Position numbers and translations under genes: made by a program. Shown one piece after another: positions 8,858-19,096 of a DNA stretch of 63,430 nucleotides. How positions within the stretch are numbered: the first letter of the stretch is position 1; each line of letters begins with the position of its first letter. Location of the stretch: the NCBI GenBank assembly GCA_032128115.1, contig JAQBHB010000094.1, positions 1-63,430 on the forward strand. Direction: 5' to 3'. The DNA is from Deltaproteobacteria bacterium. GTDB taxonomy: Bacteria > Myxococcota_A > UBA9160 > SMWR01. Below the pieces are notes generated by a model that did not search any database, was not told the DNA's origin, and saw only the letters and a list, made by a program, of their open reading frames with translations.

Positions 8858-11676
8858 GAGTCGCTCGCTGTGGTGGGCGCTTCGGACGCACTGGGCGTAT
8901 CGGGCTCGGGGGGATCCGGCTCGGGTGCCGCGGGTGCGCTCTTCCTGAGCAGGGACCCGAGGCTGCGGATGCCCTTCGCCACCAGATCGGGAACCCCGGC
9001 CATCCGGGGCACGCCCTCGAACACCACGGCCGCGGGTCCGTTGGCGAGCGTGCGTAGGGGAATCAGGTTGGCCGTCGGGTCGCTCCACGGCCCCTGCAGG
9101 TTGTAGTAGGCCGCCAACAGGCTCCGGTCTTCGCCGAGCAGCAGCAGATTGATCAGCGGGATCTTGTCGAGGGCGCGATCGAGCTGACGGAACAGGAAGA
9201 GCACCACCTCGGCGCTGACCTCGTGGGGCGGGTGCGCCAGGTCGATGCCTCCGTTGGCCATCACGCGGACGTCGGGGCCGTCGAGCGCGAACGAATCGGA
9301 GCGCATGATGCCCTCGGAAAAATCGAGTTGCGCCTTCACCTGGTCGTAGCGGATGAGCTCGCGGCGCGCGAAGGGATTGAAGGCTTCGCTGGCCAACGCC
9401 AGCGCAATCACCGCCGGGAGCCTTCGCTGGATGGTGCCTCGGGTGGCGTCGATGAACGCGCGTCCCTCGGCGTCGGCGAAGAGCGACCGACCCGGCCAGA
9501 GATTTCCCGTGAGGTCGCCGAGGATCTCGACGCTGCCCGTCGCCGTTCCGGACTCGAGCCCCACCTGGCTCCCCAGGGTGGATACGTCTCCCTGGGACAC
9601 GTCCATGTGGAGTTCGAACGGAACCCGCTCGGGCTGGCCCAAGTCGAAGGCCAGCCGCCCCGTGAGCCTGCCCACCGGCGAAAGCGCAACCTCCACCGGC
9701 TCGAACACGATCGACCCGTCGCGGGCCTGGAAGCGACCTTCGGCGCCGACCTGGTGCCAGGCGCGAGCATCGACCTCGGCCACGCGAAAGCTGCCACGGG
9801 CCCAGACGTCACCGGACCCGGTCGCCGGATCCTGCGGGCTCCCTTCGGGCGACTTCGCCGTGAGTCGGACCCGCAGTGTCTCGTCCGGCTCGAACAGCCA
9901 GTCGCCTTCGGCCGAGATTGGAACTCCCGCCCAGCGACCGCGGCTGGCGACGATGTGGACGCCCTGCTCGGTGGGCTCGATCTGGGCCGCCAGATCGCGG
10001 ATGGGCCACAGGAACATGGGATGGTCGAGGGCCTCGATCTCGACGTCAAAGGTGGTTCGCATGCGGGCGGGCTCTTCGGGGTCGATTTCTTCCCGGGGGC
10101 GTTGGAAGAATTCCCACAGGGGGTTCAGGCCCAGCAGCGGCACCCCCCCGGCCTCGATCGGTTCGCGAATGGCTGCCGGCGCGAACAGGTTCGAGACGCC
10201 CTCGACCGAGACCTCCAGCGCGGGCAGGGGGGCGCCATTCAGGAGACCGCCCGCCTCGTTCACCACGATGCGGTCGCCGCTCCAGCCCAGGCGTCCGTGC
10301 AGCTGCTCCAGGCGGTTCTCGTCGCCGATGCCGACGCTCACGTTGGCCAGGGTGGCCTCGCCGGTGAAGCCCATGGGAAGCGTCAGGGTGCGGCCCTCGA
10401 ACAGAGCCTGCCACCCGCTGAGGGAGGCGGCGCCGCGTGCCTGGAAACTCACGAGTCGCCCGTCGTCCACGGGTGCCAGCACCGCGGCCAGGTCCAGTTT
10501 TTCACCGCTGGGAAACCATCCCAGCAGCTGTCGGGCCTCATCCAGGCCCACGTTTCGAAACGCGAGGGAGAGGCGGGCGAGGGAAGAGGGCGCCATGGGG
10601 CGCTGGATCACCCCTTCGCCTTCCAGGTGCAGCTGGCTTCCGTCGATCCGTGCCGACTCCAATCGCACCACATCCGGGCTGATGGCGAGCACCAGCCCCG
10701 CCCCGACGCGACGCAACACAACGGGTCCGAAGGCGGCAACTTCCGGGGTCGGCACCTCCGAGTAGAACTCGCGCAGCGAGAGGTCGAGTTCGAGTCGCCC
10801 GTGCCCGGGACTCTGGGTCTCGAAGGTCAGGGTTCCGCTCAGGACGCCCGACACCTCGGCGCCCGGCTTCAAGCGACGCAGGTACGGCTCCAGGGTGACG
10901 ATCCGAAGGTCGGTGGCAGCCATGGCGATGCGGATGCGATCGCCCCGGCTGCGCCGACCCGAGCACTCGATCGAGCCCCGATCGCCCGTTCGATCCTGGA
11001 GCCTGGCGCGAAGCACGAGCTGGGAGTCCCCCCGCAGGCGATGGTGAGACAGCTCCCCGTTCACCCCGTGCAGCGCCAGGGCCACCGGATTGCGCACCGG
11101 TCCGTCGGACAGGGTCACGTCCGTGCCCCGGTCGACGAACGCCACCCGGGCATCGCGGACGATCAGGGTGTCGGTCAGAGCGGGGCGGGCCTCCAGCAGC
11201 TGGCGGGCTGCCAGCTCCAGGGCGATCAGGGGCTGCAACATCTCGTCAGGATTCGGATGAGCGCGCTCGGCATCGTCCTCGGGCTCGAGGGTCCCGAAGA
11301 GGGCGGGCTCCCAGCTGCCGCCTGCGTTGCGCTCGACCCGCAGGCGCGCACCCTCGAGGGTCACCCGGCTGAGCTGCAGACGCCCCACCAGCAGAGACAG
11401 CATCCCGACCTGCCCGGTGATCCGGGGGACCCGCAGGTGGGCGCCAGCCGCGCCCGGCCAGACCCGCACGTCGGTGGCCACCAGGCGCGGCCAGGGCCCG
11501 AACTCGAGCCGGGCCGACCCCAGCTCGACAGGGGTGTTCATGGCCTCTGAGAGCCGTGACTCGATCGCCGGCGCCAGGTGCTGGTTGGCCAGCCGGGTGG
11601 TGATGGCGGCTCCTGCGGCCGCCATGACCCCGAAGAGGGCCAGGCCTACCGCCAGGCGTGTCAGCGATCGCTTCAA
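8854..11676 (-). CDS. AsmA-like/YhdP-type bridge-like lipid transfer protein
   Basis: 940 aa with N-terminal TM anchor, beta-rich repeats and an AsmA_2-like C-terminus ([11 protein letters not shown]...[10 protein letters not shown]). Confidence 0.8.
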   Translation of the reverse strand: MKRSLTRLAVGLALFGVMAAAGAAITTRLANQHLAPAIESRLSEAMNTPVELGSARLEFGPWPRLVATDVRVWPGAAGAHLRVPRITGQVGMLSLLVGRLQLSRVTLEGARLRVERNAGGSWEPALFGTLEPEDDAERAHPNPDEMLQPLIALELAARQLLEARPALTDTLIVRDARVAFVDRGTDVTLSDGPVRNPVALALHGVNGELSHHRLRGDSQLVLRARLQDRTGDRGSIECSGRRSRGDRIRIAMAATDLRIVTLEPYLRRLKPGAEVSGVLSGTLTFETQSPGHGRLELDLSLREFYSEVPTPEVAAFGPVVLRRVGAGLVLAISPDVVRLESARIDGSQLHLEGEGVIQRPMAPSSLARLSLAFRNVGLDEARQLLGWFPSGEKLDLAAVLAPVDDGRLVSFQARGAASLSGWQALFEGRTLTLPMGFTGEATLANVSVGIGDENRLEQLHGRLGWSGDRIVVNEAGGLLNGAPLPALEVSVEGVSNLFAPAAIREPIEAGGVPLLGLNPLWEFFQRPREEIDPEEPARMRTTFDVEIEALDHPMFLWPIRDLAAQIEPTEQGVHIVASRGRWAGVPISAEGDWLFEPDETLRVRLTAKSPEGSPQDPATGSGDVWARGSFRVAEVDARAWHQVGAEGRFQARDGSIVFEPVEVALSPVGRLTGRLAFDLGQPERVPFELHMDVSQGDVSTLGSQVGLESGTATGSVEILGDLTGNLWPGRSLFADAEGRAFIDATRGTIQRRLPAVIALALASEAFNPFARRELIRYDQVKAQLDFSEGIMRSDSFALDGPDVRVMANGGIDLAHPPHEVSAEVVLFLFRQLDRALDKIPLINLLLLGEDRSLLAAYYNLQGPWSDPTANLIPLRTLANGPAAVVFEGVPRMAGVPDLVAKGIRSLGSLLRKSAPAAPEPDPPEPDTPSASEAPTTASDS

Positions 11677-12047
11677 TTGGATCTCCCGGCCCTGGATGCC
11701 AAAAATAGCGGGTCCGGCCCGGAGACCGGTGCGGGGGGCGGGTCAGCCGCTCGGCTCCCCGGTCTATCGGCGCGCGGGGGGGCTCGCCCCAGCCCCTCCA
11801 TACCCGCGGGGATGCGCATGAGGTGCCGGTCGGAGACAGCAAACTTCGCTTCTCGGGGGGTGCCCGCGTGCGCGCCCGACCCGCCCATCCCCGGGTGCGT
11901 AAAGCACTTGGCCCGGGCGGGGTCGGCCCCCCCCGGAGTTCTCCCAAACGCTGATTATTTCTAAAGAAATCCCCTGTTGCGGACGAAATGCACGCCAAGT
12001 GAAACACGGCACGTGTCACAGCGGGTCGGCCAGGGAGTGCGACGGTT

Positions 12048-12299
12048 ATGGAGATTAACGAAGCGAGTCCGCGGCTGCGGAATCGGGTCCGCGAGCTGCG
12101 CGAGAATCGGCTGATGACGCAGGCCCAGCTGGCGCGCAAGGCCAAGGTCGCACTCCGGACGATCCACAGTGTCGAGAAGGGCATGAACTGCCGCATGGAC
12201 ACCAAGCGCAAGATCCTGCTCGCCCTGGGACTGCGGTTCGAGGACAAGGATCAGGTGTTTCCGCCCACGTCGCCCCGACCGGAATTTCCGTCCTTCTGA
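12048..12299 (+). CDS. Small XRE-family helix-turn-helix regulator
   Basis: [34 protein letters not shown]. Confidence 0.9.
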   Translation: MEINEASPRLRNRVRELRENRLMTQAQLARKAKVALRTIHSVEKGMNCRMDTKRKILLALGLRFEDKDQVFPPTSPRPEFPSF

Positions 12300-12381
12300 G
12301 CCCAGCGTCGGAGGGCGTTCCCAGCGGCGGACGCCGTTCCCCCGATTCCTGAGAAATCGAGAATATTCGGTACCCTGGGGG

Positions 12382-14796
12382 GTGTCCCACTACTGCCCAT
12401 CCGGCCGGGGGAGCCTCATTCCGGACCGAATCGCACTCCTGGCCGATGTCGCCGAGATCGTCTCCCGATCCCACGATCTGGACGAGACCCTGGGCAACGT
12501 CGTCGATCTGGTGGCCAAGCGCCTGGATGCGGACGTGTGCTCGATCTACCTGCTGACCGGCGGCGACTTCCGCAGCCTGCGCCTGAGCGCCACGGTGGGT
12601 CTCTACAAGGAGGCCGTCGGCAGGGTGGAGCTGGGCTTCGGCGAGGGCCTGGTGGGCCTCGCAGCCGAGCGCCTGGAGCCGGTGGTGATCGAGCGCGCGC
12701 GCGAGCACCCCGAGTACCGCTACTTCCCCGAGACGGGCGAGGAGCGCTTCGAGTCGCTGATGGCGGTGCCGCTGATCGTGCGAGGGGTTCCCATCGGCGT
12801 ACTTGCGATCCAGACGCGCGTGCCGCGCCGCTTCGAACAGCGCGACGTGGAGGCCTTCCAGACCTGCGCGCAGCTCATCGCCCCGGTGGTGATGAACGCA
12901 CAGCTGTTGTCGTTGGTGGGAGAGACCGAGGAAGACCGGGCGCGCGCCAGTGCGCAGCTTGCGGGCTCGGGCATTGCGGTGCCCGACGACAAGGCCGAGC
13001 GCGCGGAGCGGAACGTGGAGATTCGCGGCATGGCGACGTCGCGGGGAATCGCCATCGGACCGGTGTACATCGTGCCCGATCCCCTCGACCTGGCGGACCT
13101 GGACTACACGCCCAACAGCGATCCGGCCCAGGAGGAGGCCGATCTGCTGAGTGCGCTGTCCGAGGCGCGCCGGGTGCTCGATGACATGCGCGAGGATCTC
13201 GGCGACCAGTTCGGCCCCGAGTTCGCGGCGGTCTTCCACACCCACGTGCAGATCCTGGAGGACAAGGGCTTCGTCAAGAAACTCAGCGACGAGGTGCGCT
13301 CCACCGGCGATGCCTACAAAGCCCTGCGCAACGTGCTGGCCGCCTATCGCAAGACCTTCGAGCGCATCGAGGACCCCTACTTCCGCGAGCGGGTCGACGA
13401 CGTGGAGGACGTGGGCCGCCGCGTGATGGAGCAACTGCTCGGCGTGCGAGAGCACAAGATCCCCCTCAGCGAGGGTGCGATCGTCGTGACCGACACGATC
13501 CTGCCCGGTCACTTCGCGCTCCTCGAAATGGACAAGGTGGCGGTGATCGTCTCGGAGCACGGAAGCCCCACCTCCCACGGGGCCATCTTCGCGCGCACCC
13601 TGGAGATCCCGGCCGTGACGGGTGTTTCCGGCATCCTGGAGGCGGCGATTCCCGGCGAGATCGCCATCGTCGACGGCGGCGATGGCTCGGTGTACCTGTC
13701 GCCCGACGACGACCTGGTGACCGAGTACCGTCGGACCCAGCAGCGTCACGAAATCGCGGTCGAGCACCTGGACGCCCTGCGCGATCGCCCGAGCGAGACC
13801 CGCGATGGCCGACGCATCGTGCTCTCGGCCAACGTGGGCTTCGTGAGCGACCTGCGCCTGGTGGAGCAGCACGGCGCCGAGGGCATCGGCCTGTTCCGAA
13901 CCGAGCTACTGGCCCTGGCTCACGGCGGCTTTCCCGAGGAAGAGGAGCAGGTTCAGCTCTACGGGCGGGTGGCCCAGGCCATGGCGCCCCGGCCGGTGAC
14001 GATCCGCACCCTGGACGTGGGCGGCGACAAGGACATCGCCCACATGGGCCTGGGCCACGAGGAGAACCCGCAGCTCGGCTGCCGCTCGATTCGCCTGAGC
14101 ATGATGCACGAGGGCGTGTTCCGGGCCCAGCTGCGGGCGGTGCTTCGCGCCAGCGTCAACGGCAACGTGCGGCTGCTGCTCCCCATGATCTCGTCGCTGG
14201 GCGAGCTGCGACGGGCGCGTGCGCTTCTCGAGGAGGTCAAGGGCGAGCTGCGCCAGAGCGGCCTGGCCTTCGACGGCAACCTGCCCGTGGGCGTGATGGT
14301 GGAGGTGCCGTCCGCCGCGCTCATCGCGGACGTGTTGGCCCGCGAGTGCGACTTCATGAGCTTAGGCACCAACGATCTCACCCAGTACACCCTGGCCGTG
14401 GATCGCGGCAACGAGCGCGTGGCCCATCTCTACGATCCGCTGCACCCGGCGGTGCTGGCCCTGATCGATCGCAGCGTGCGCGCGGCCGCGCGCGCCGGCA
14501 TTCCCGTATCGCTGTGCGGCGAAATGGTGGGAAATCCGCTCTCGGTTCCCATCCTGGTAGGGCTGGGACTCGAGGAGCTCTCCGGCACGCCGGGTGGGGT
14601 TCCCATCGTGAAGGAGATCGTGCGCGCCCTGGATTCGGGCCTGGCCGCCGACGACGCCCGCGCCGCGCGCGAAGCGGGCACCGCCCAGGAAGTGCGCGCC
14701 ATCGCCGCCGCCCGCCTGCGCGAAGCCGGCCTGCTGGACCACCCGGACATCGGCTCCTGGCTGCGACCCATCGTGGCGGAAGCCGAACGCAGCTAG
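12382..14796 (+). CDS. ptsP: GAF-domain phosphoenolpyruvate-protein phosphotransferase (EI-Ntr type); start uncertain
   Basis: N-terminal GAF; TSHGAI phospho-His motif, [41 protein letters not shown]. Confidence 0.95.
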   Translation: MSHYCPSGRGSLIPDRIALLADVAEIVSRSHDLDETLGNVVDLVAKRLDADVCSIYLLTGGDFRSLRLSATVGLYKEAVGRVELGFGEGLVGLAAERLEPVVIERAREHPEYRYFPETGEERFESLMAVPLIVRGVPIGVLAIQTRVPRRFEQRDVEAFQTCAQLIAPVVMNAQLLSLVGETEEDRARASAQLAGSGIAVPDDKAERAERNVEIRGMATSRGIAIGPVYIVPDPLDLADLDYTPNSDPAQEEADLLSALSEARRVLDDMREDLGDQFGPEFAAVFHTHVQILEDKGFVKKLSDEVRSTGDAYKALRNVLAAYRKTFERIEDPYFRERVDDVEDVGRRVMEQLLGVREHKIPLSEGAIVVTDTILPGHFALLEMDKVAVIVSEHGSPTSHGAIFARTLEIPAVTGVSGILEAAIPGEIAIVDGGDGSVYLSPDDDLVTEYRRTQQRHEIAVEHLDALRDRPSETRDGRRIVLSANVGFVSDLRLVEQHGAEGIGLFRTELLALAHGGFPEEEEQVQLYGRVAQAMAPRPVTIRTLDVGGDKDIAHMGLGHEENPQLGCRSIRLSMMHEGVFRAQLRAVLRASVNGNVRLLLPMISSLGELRRARALLEEVKGELRQSGLAFDGNLPVGVMVEVPSAALIADVLARECDFMSLGTNDLTQYTLAVDRGNERVAHLYDPLHPAVLALIDRSVRAAARAGIPVSLCGEMVGNPLSVPILVGLGLEELSGTPGGVPIVKEIVRALDSGLAADDARAAREAGTAQEVRAIAAARLREAGLLDHPDIGSWLRPIVAEAERS

Positions 14797-14805
14797 GCGG
14801 GTTCG

Positions 14806-15180
14806 ATGGCCGCTCGTATCTTTCTCGGTCTCTCTGCGCTCGTATGGTTTCCGTACGGCGTCTTCTGCGTATTCCAACCCGGTTACCTGGCGGAGGCGGC
14901 GGGTGTTGTGTCTCAGTCTGCCACGGGCACCATCGAGCTTCGCGCCATGTACGGCGGTCTCCAGGCCGCACTGGGCGCGCTCGCCGGCGCCGCCTTCTTC
15001 CGGGCCGAGCTTCGGCGACCTGCCTTGCTGACGCTTGCGTTCCTGACCGCGGGCCTGTTCCTGGCGAGGCTCGTGGGCGTTGCCCTCGACTTCCAGGTGT
15101 CGGCCTACACGGCGGTTGCGCTCGGGTTCGAGCTTTCGTCGCTGGGGATCGCCTCGTGGCTCCTCAGGCGGCGCGAATAG
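14806..15180 (+). CDS. DUF4345-like membrane protein
   Basis: Four hydrophobic segments, ELRAMYGG motif. Confidence 0.8.
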   Translation: MAARIFLGLSALVWFPYGVFCVFQPGYLAEAAGVVSQSATGTIELRAMYGGLQAALGALAGAAFFRAELRRPALLTLAFLTAGLFLARLVGVALDFQVSAYTAVALGFELSSLGIASWLLRRRE

Positions 15181-15198
15181 AAGTTCATTCGACACGCC

Positions 15199-15240
15199 GC
15201 CTACGTGGGATGGATTCGCCGATACCTCCACTGCCACGGT
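15199..15240 (+). pseudogene. intI: Integron integrase (IntI) N-terminal fragment
   Basis: Translates AYVGWIRRYLHCHG, colinear with the IntI1-type AYVHWVRAFIRFHG; no start codon and no catalytic domain. Confidence 0.6.
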
Positions 15241-15258
15241 TCGGTCATGAGAGGCGCT

Positions 15259-15360
15259 GCAGCCAAGGGGCTGCAGCGGACTGGGCCACGGCGCGCCTGA
15301 ATCGGCGTTTGGTAGTGTCCGGCATGAAAACTTGGGCGCTTCGAGCGAACCGCGGCGGCG
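15259..15360 (+). mobile_element. Degenerate attC-like site (left arm and body)
   Basis: GCAGCCAAGGGGCTGCAGCGGAC resembles the RYYYAAC-AAGNNGCTGCAGCNGAC attC start; right arm is lost. Confidence 0.45.
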
Positions 15361-15406
15361 GGGGTTCCCGGATTCATCTGGCCTCCCCGCCCCTGGGAGT
15401 CAATTG

Positions 15407-15814
15407 ATGAAGGTCTTGAAGATCGGCGCGATCGTGGTCGTGGTCTACGTGGGAATCGTCGTCGTGTTCGAGTCGATGATCGGGTACTTCCAGCCCACGG
15501 CCGGGTCGACCCTCGTCATCACCACCATCGGTGGGGATGGAACGTCGCACGACCGAGTCGTGTCCCGCCTCGAGAGCGATGGCCATCTCTACGTCGCAGC
15601 CAATCACTGGCCGCGGGCCTGGTACAACCGCGCGCTGGAGAACCCCGAAGTGCAGGTCACGGTGGATGGCGAGAAGGGCGCCTATCGGGCGGTCCCCGTC
15701 CCCGTCACGGGGGCGGAGCACGAACGCGTCGACGGCGGGAACCGCCTCGGTGTGGGCTTCCGGATCCTGACCGGGTTCCCGCCGAGGTACTTCGTCCGGA
15801 TGGATCCGCGCTAG
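15407..15814 (+). CDS. Membrane-anchored split-beta-barrel (DUF385/DUF2255, deazaflavin nitroreductase-like) protein
   Basis: N-terminal TM, TLVITT..DG, LYVAANHWPRAWYNRALENPEVQV. Confidence 0.7.
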   Translation: MKVLKIGAIVVVVYVGIVVVFESMIGYFQPTAGSTLVITTIGGDGTSHDRVVSRLESDGHLYVAANHWPRAWYNRALENPEVQVTVDGEKGAYRAVPVPVTGAEHERVDGGNRLGVGFRILTGFPPRYFVRMDPR

Positions 15815-15824
15815 GAAGCGCTAG

Positions 15825-16050
15825 GGGCGACTACTTTTTCATCGAGCCGTACGCCAGCCCCGAGGCGATAGCCGAGCCCGGGGCCGCGGGCTCGCGACAG
15901 AGGGTTCCGCGAACCTGGTCGCAATCGCGTTCGCGCGGCCTGAAACCCGTCGAGTCGTGGCGCAGACGCTCATCGACAACCGGCGCTCGCAGCGCGTGCT
16001 CGAGAAGGTTGGGTTCGTGCGAACGGAAGAGTTCCGCCATGAGCCACGCC
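15825..16050 (+). pseudogene. RimJ/RimL-type GNAT acetyltransferase, C-terminal remnant
   Basis: RGRGLATEGSANLVAIAFARPETRRVVAQTLIDNRRSQRVLEKVGF (from 15879); in-frame TAG at 15822 with no start codon before the motif. Confidence 0.75.
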
Positions 16051-16052
16051 GA

Positions 16053-16736
16053 CTAGATCCAAGCCAGCGCCCGAGTGAGGATCTGCGTCGCGTTCTCCTG
16101 CGCGCAGGCGCCGTGCGCGATCACGAGCCGCTCGGGTCGCCAGGCCAGCACGCGTGCCCGGGCCGCCCTGGCGGGGCGCCGGCGCAAAAAGCTCGCCCGC
16201 CACTCGCGCGGGGTGCTGCCGTGTTCGCCCACGAGTCCATCGAGGTGCATCAGCGCCCCCTTCAGGCCTTTCGCGCGCGCGGGGTCGTGGCGCTGGACGA
16301 GATCGCAGAAAATCGCCGTCCGCGACGGGCGATGAAGGAAGGCAACCTCCTCCATCGCGAACGAGCCGCGGAAGATCGTCTGATCGATGTCCGTGGCCCA
16401 GGCGGGATCGGCCTCGTCTCCGAGCTCCGCATGGAAGTGCAACTCCGGCTTTCGTTTTGCGAGTCCGGGCGGCGCATGCTGCTGCGCGTCGGGCCAGCGC
16501 TCGGCCCACTCCTTCAGGAAGAAATGGTGAAGTTTGTTGGGGGAGACGATGTGGCGAACGGGCCCGATCGAGTCGACTGCGCGCGCGAGTTCGGGGGTGA
16601 GAGCGATCGGCGACCACACCCATGCACTCCCGTCCGCCAATCGCGCGACCGCCATGCGAGTCGGGTAAGGGAAGCTCAGGAAGGAGACCGTGGGGCCATC
16701 GGCCACATACAGAGAGGGACCGAATTCCTCGAGCAT
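16053..16736 (-). CDS. DUF4336 domain protein (MBL-like fold)
   Basis: YPTRMAVARL, WSPI, IVSPNKLHH, EVAFLHRPSRT.IFCDL. Confidence 0.9.
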   Translation of the reverse strand: MLEEFGPSLYVADGPTVSFLSFPYPTRMAVARLADGSAWVWSPIALTPELARAVDSIGPVRHIVSPNKLHHFFLKEWAERWPDAQQHAPPGLAKRKPELHFHAELGDEADPAWATDIDQTIFRGSFAMEEVAFLHRPSRTAIFCDLVQRHDPARAKGLKGALMHLDGLVGEHGSTPREWRASFLRRRPARAARARVLAWRPERLVIAHGACAQENATQILTRALAWI

Positions 16737-16826
16737 GCGGGCAGGCTACAGTCCCCTTCGCCTGCGTGCTTGTTACCTCCGGCCTGGCTTCAGCCCAGGC
16801 CGCGTTGCTGGAGGGTCGCCTGTGAC

Positions 16827-16846
16827 ACCCGACCAGGCGCTGCAGG
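16827..16846 (+). mobile_element. Degenerate attC-like left arm
   Basis: ACCCGACCAGGCGCTGCAGG, similar to the copies at 15259 and 19595. Confidence 0.35.
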
Positions 16847-16864
16847 CAATCGGAGGAACACGAA

Positions 16865-17311
16865 TTGAGAAAGCTGGCCATCGGCGCAGCGATCTTCGTA
16901 GGCCTTGGTGTGGCCTACATACTGATCCACCTGGCCCTCATCGAGGTCGGTCAGGAGATCGTCATCCTCCACAGACGGACCGGAGACGGCGAGCTGAGCA
17001 TGGCGCGCCTCTGGGTCGTTGACGAGGGTGAATTCAGCTGGCTCCATCACGGATATGCCGACGCGCCCTGGATTCGCCAACTCGAGGTGGAACCGATCGT
17101 CGAAATCAGCCGAGGCGGTGTGGTTCGGCAGTACCGCGCATTGCCTGACCGCGCCGCGGATCCCCAGGTTCATCGGCTACTGCGCGAGAAATATGGCCTC
17201 GCGGACAGGCTCGTGCGGCTCTGGGTGGGCACCGACACCGACAGCGGGCTCGTCACCGGGAGCCCCTGCATGGCCGTTCCGGTGCGGCTCGACTCTTCCC
17301 TTCGTCAATGA
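16865..17311 (+). CDS. Membrane-anchored split-beta-barrel (DUF2255-like) protein
   Basis: TTG start after GGAGG; N-terminal TM; RLWVVD, W...L...P.VE, REKYG. Confidence 0.7.
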   Translation: MRKLAIGAAIFVGLGVAYILIHLALIEVGQEIVILHRRTGDGELSMARLWVVDEGEFSWLHHGYADAPWIRQLEVEPIVEISRGGVVRQYRALPDRAADPQVHRLLREKYGLADRLVRLWVGTDTDSGLVTGSPCMAVPVRLDSSLRQ

Positions 17312-17370
17312 AGAACGCGGCTCGTGGGCGTTCCGATGGGAAGTCTGGCCTCCTTCACGCTGTAGCCGGG

Positions 17371-17404
17371 GCTGACACGCACTTCCTGCTGACACGCACT
17401 TCCT
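17371..17404. repeat. 17-bp tandem duplication
   Basis: gctgacacgcacttcct x2. Confidence 0.9.
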
Positions 17405-17532
17405 ATTGTCAGGTCAGGCGTTCGAGGGGCCGCTCCCGGAGAAGACCCTCCTTGGATCGAGTACCGACCGAAGGTGCTACCCTCGGATGCAGCAGGACAT
17501 TCGTTACCTACTCGAACCACAGGCGGTTCTCC

Positions 17533-17664
17533 ATGGGCGACAAATCCCAGAAATCAAAAGACCGACACAAGAAACAGGACACGGCACAGAAGAGCCAGAA
17601 GAAGGCCGACGCTCTTGCCAAGGCGAATCCCGCTCCTGCCAAACCGCTCAAGCGAGGCAAGTAG
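17533..17664 (+). CDS. 43-aa Lys-rich small protein
   Basis: ATG after AGGCGG; MGDKSQKSKDRHKKQDTAQKSQKKADALAKANPAPAKPLKRGK; A-rich coding composition against the GC-rich background. Confidence 0.6.
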   Translation: MGDKSQKSKDRHKKQDTAQKSQKKADALAKANPAPAKPLKRGK

Positions 17665-17722
17665 CGGCGGCGAACTTCCGCGCCGCAACGAGAGCGACGC
17701 GGCGCCCTGGGGAGTTTCAGGC

Positions 17723-18388
17723 ATGAGAGGACAAGGCCGGACCTACATCCCGGCGGCCGGGCACGATTGGTTGTTGCCCATCTACGACCCGCTTCAGAGG
17801 CTGCTCGGCGGCGATTCGGCCCGGCGGGAGATGGTCGAGCGAGCGTCCCTTCAGCCGAACCACCGGGTTCTCGACATCGGTTGTGGTACCGGAAGCCTGG
17901 TCGTTCTGGTCAAGCGCCTGTACCCGGATGTCGAGATCGTCGGAATCGATCCGGATCCGAAGGCGCTTGCGCGCGCAAGACGAAAGCTCGAGCGTGTGGG
18001 TATCTCCGCGCAGTTCGACCAGGGGTTTTCGGACGCGCTTCCCTATCCCGATGCATGCTTCGACCGGGTGTTCTCCTCGTTCATGCTCCACCACCTCGAT
18101 CGAGACGAGAAGGCGAAGACACTGAACGAAGCGCGGCGAGTCCTCAAAGCCGGCGGTTCCCTGCATGTGCTTGATTTCGGAGGAGCGGAGCTTCGCCGCG
18201 AGAGCTTGCTGGCCCGCGCGCTTCACTCAGGGGAGCATATGCGGGACAATCTGGAGGGCCGGATTCCTGCTCTCATGACCGAGGCAGGATTCGTCGGGTC
18301 AGCCGAGGTGGCTCATCGGTCGACGCTCTTCGGCCGAATCGCTCACTATACGGCAGCTTTGCCTGTCTCAAAGCCAGTCGCTCCCTGA
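17723..18388 (+). CDS. Class I SAM-dependent methyltransferase
   Basis: VLDIGCGTG, GIDPD, LPYPDACFDRV, HHL, RVLKAGG. Confidence 0.92.
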   Translation: MRGQGRTYIPAAGHDWLLPIYDPLQRLLGGDSARREMVERASLQPNHRVLDIGCGTGSLVVLVKRLYPDVEIVGIDPDPKALARARRKLERVGISAQFDQGFSDALPYPDACFDRVFSSFMLHHLDRDEKAKTLNEARRVLKAGGSLHVLDFGGAELRRESLLARALHSGEHMRDNLEGRIPALMTEAGFVGSAEVAHRSTLFGRIAHYTAALPVSKPVAP

Positions 18389-18420
18389 CTCAAAGCCAGT
18401 CGCTCCCTGACTCTCCCTGA
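18367..18420. repeat. 22-bp tandem duplication of the gene 3' end plus a partial third copy
   Basis: ctcaaagccagtcgctccctga x2, then ctctccctga. Confidence 0.9.
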
Positions 18421-18456
18421 CGAGGCGACGCAGCCGAGTTACCGTTTTCGGGGTCG

Positions 18457-18888
18457 CTACCGGTCTTCGCGCCGGTGGAGGCGAGCGTAGTTTTCGTGGG
18501 TCTCGCCGCGTTCCTTCCGGAACATGAGGCGATCCAGCCAGCCGTACTTTTCGCCGAAGGCATCGTCGATCCGAGCTCTGGCCTCGTGCTCCGTCACGAA
18601 CTCAGCGCGCACCGGGTAGTCGATTCCCTGCAAGCGAATTCTGCAATTCGCGTCGCGCTCGAGGTTCTGCCACCAGCGGCTGCCTCCCGTCCGGAGCGTG
18701 CCCACTTCGTCCACCACGCCGAGCCAGATCCGCGTGGCGCGCTCGTCGCCATCCGAATCGACGGTCACGATGTGGATGGACCAGTGTTCGTCCGCCGCCC
18801 GCCAGTCGATGGGCTCCTGCGCAGTCGGCACCGGCCCGCTCGCGCAGGCGAGGCCGATCACGAACGCGATCGAGGCGATGTACCTCAT
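18457..18888 (-). CDS. Lipoprotein, split-beta-barrel (DUF2255-like)
   Basis: Lipobox-like GLAC; IVT.D.DG..R.TRIW, RWWQNLERD, EKYG. Confidence 0.7.
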   Translation of the reverse strand: MRYIASIAFVIGLACASGPVPTAQEPIDWRAADEHWSIHIVTVDSDGDERATRIWLGVVDEVGTLRTGGSRWWQNLERDANCRIRLQGIDYPVRAEFVTEHEARARIDDAFGEKYGWLDRLMFRKERGETHENYARLHRREDR

Positions 18889-19096
18889 TCCGCGGGAACA
18901 CTACCAATCTCTGGAGTTCGGACCAGACGGGGGGGGGTCACCCATCGAAACTGTGGGCAGGGAGCACCGTTTTCGCCGCGGCGGGACCGTTGGGCCGGCG
19001 AGGGCCCTGGCCCGACAGCCGTTTGTGGCATCATGGCGCTTCGAGCCTCGAGCTCATCCTGTCGTCCCGGCGGCGGCACTCGATCACGGGGGTGGT

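Noticed and set aside
12008..12022. Sigma54 promoter (CGGCACG...GC)
   Set aside because: GG-to-GC spacing is 11 rather than 10 nt, and the TTGC element is missing.
17371..18420. Direct repeats considered as CRISPR repeats (also 50976-51040)
   Set aside because: Only two copies each, adjacent or 3 nt apart with no real spacers, and no cas genes.
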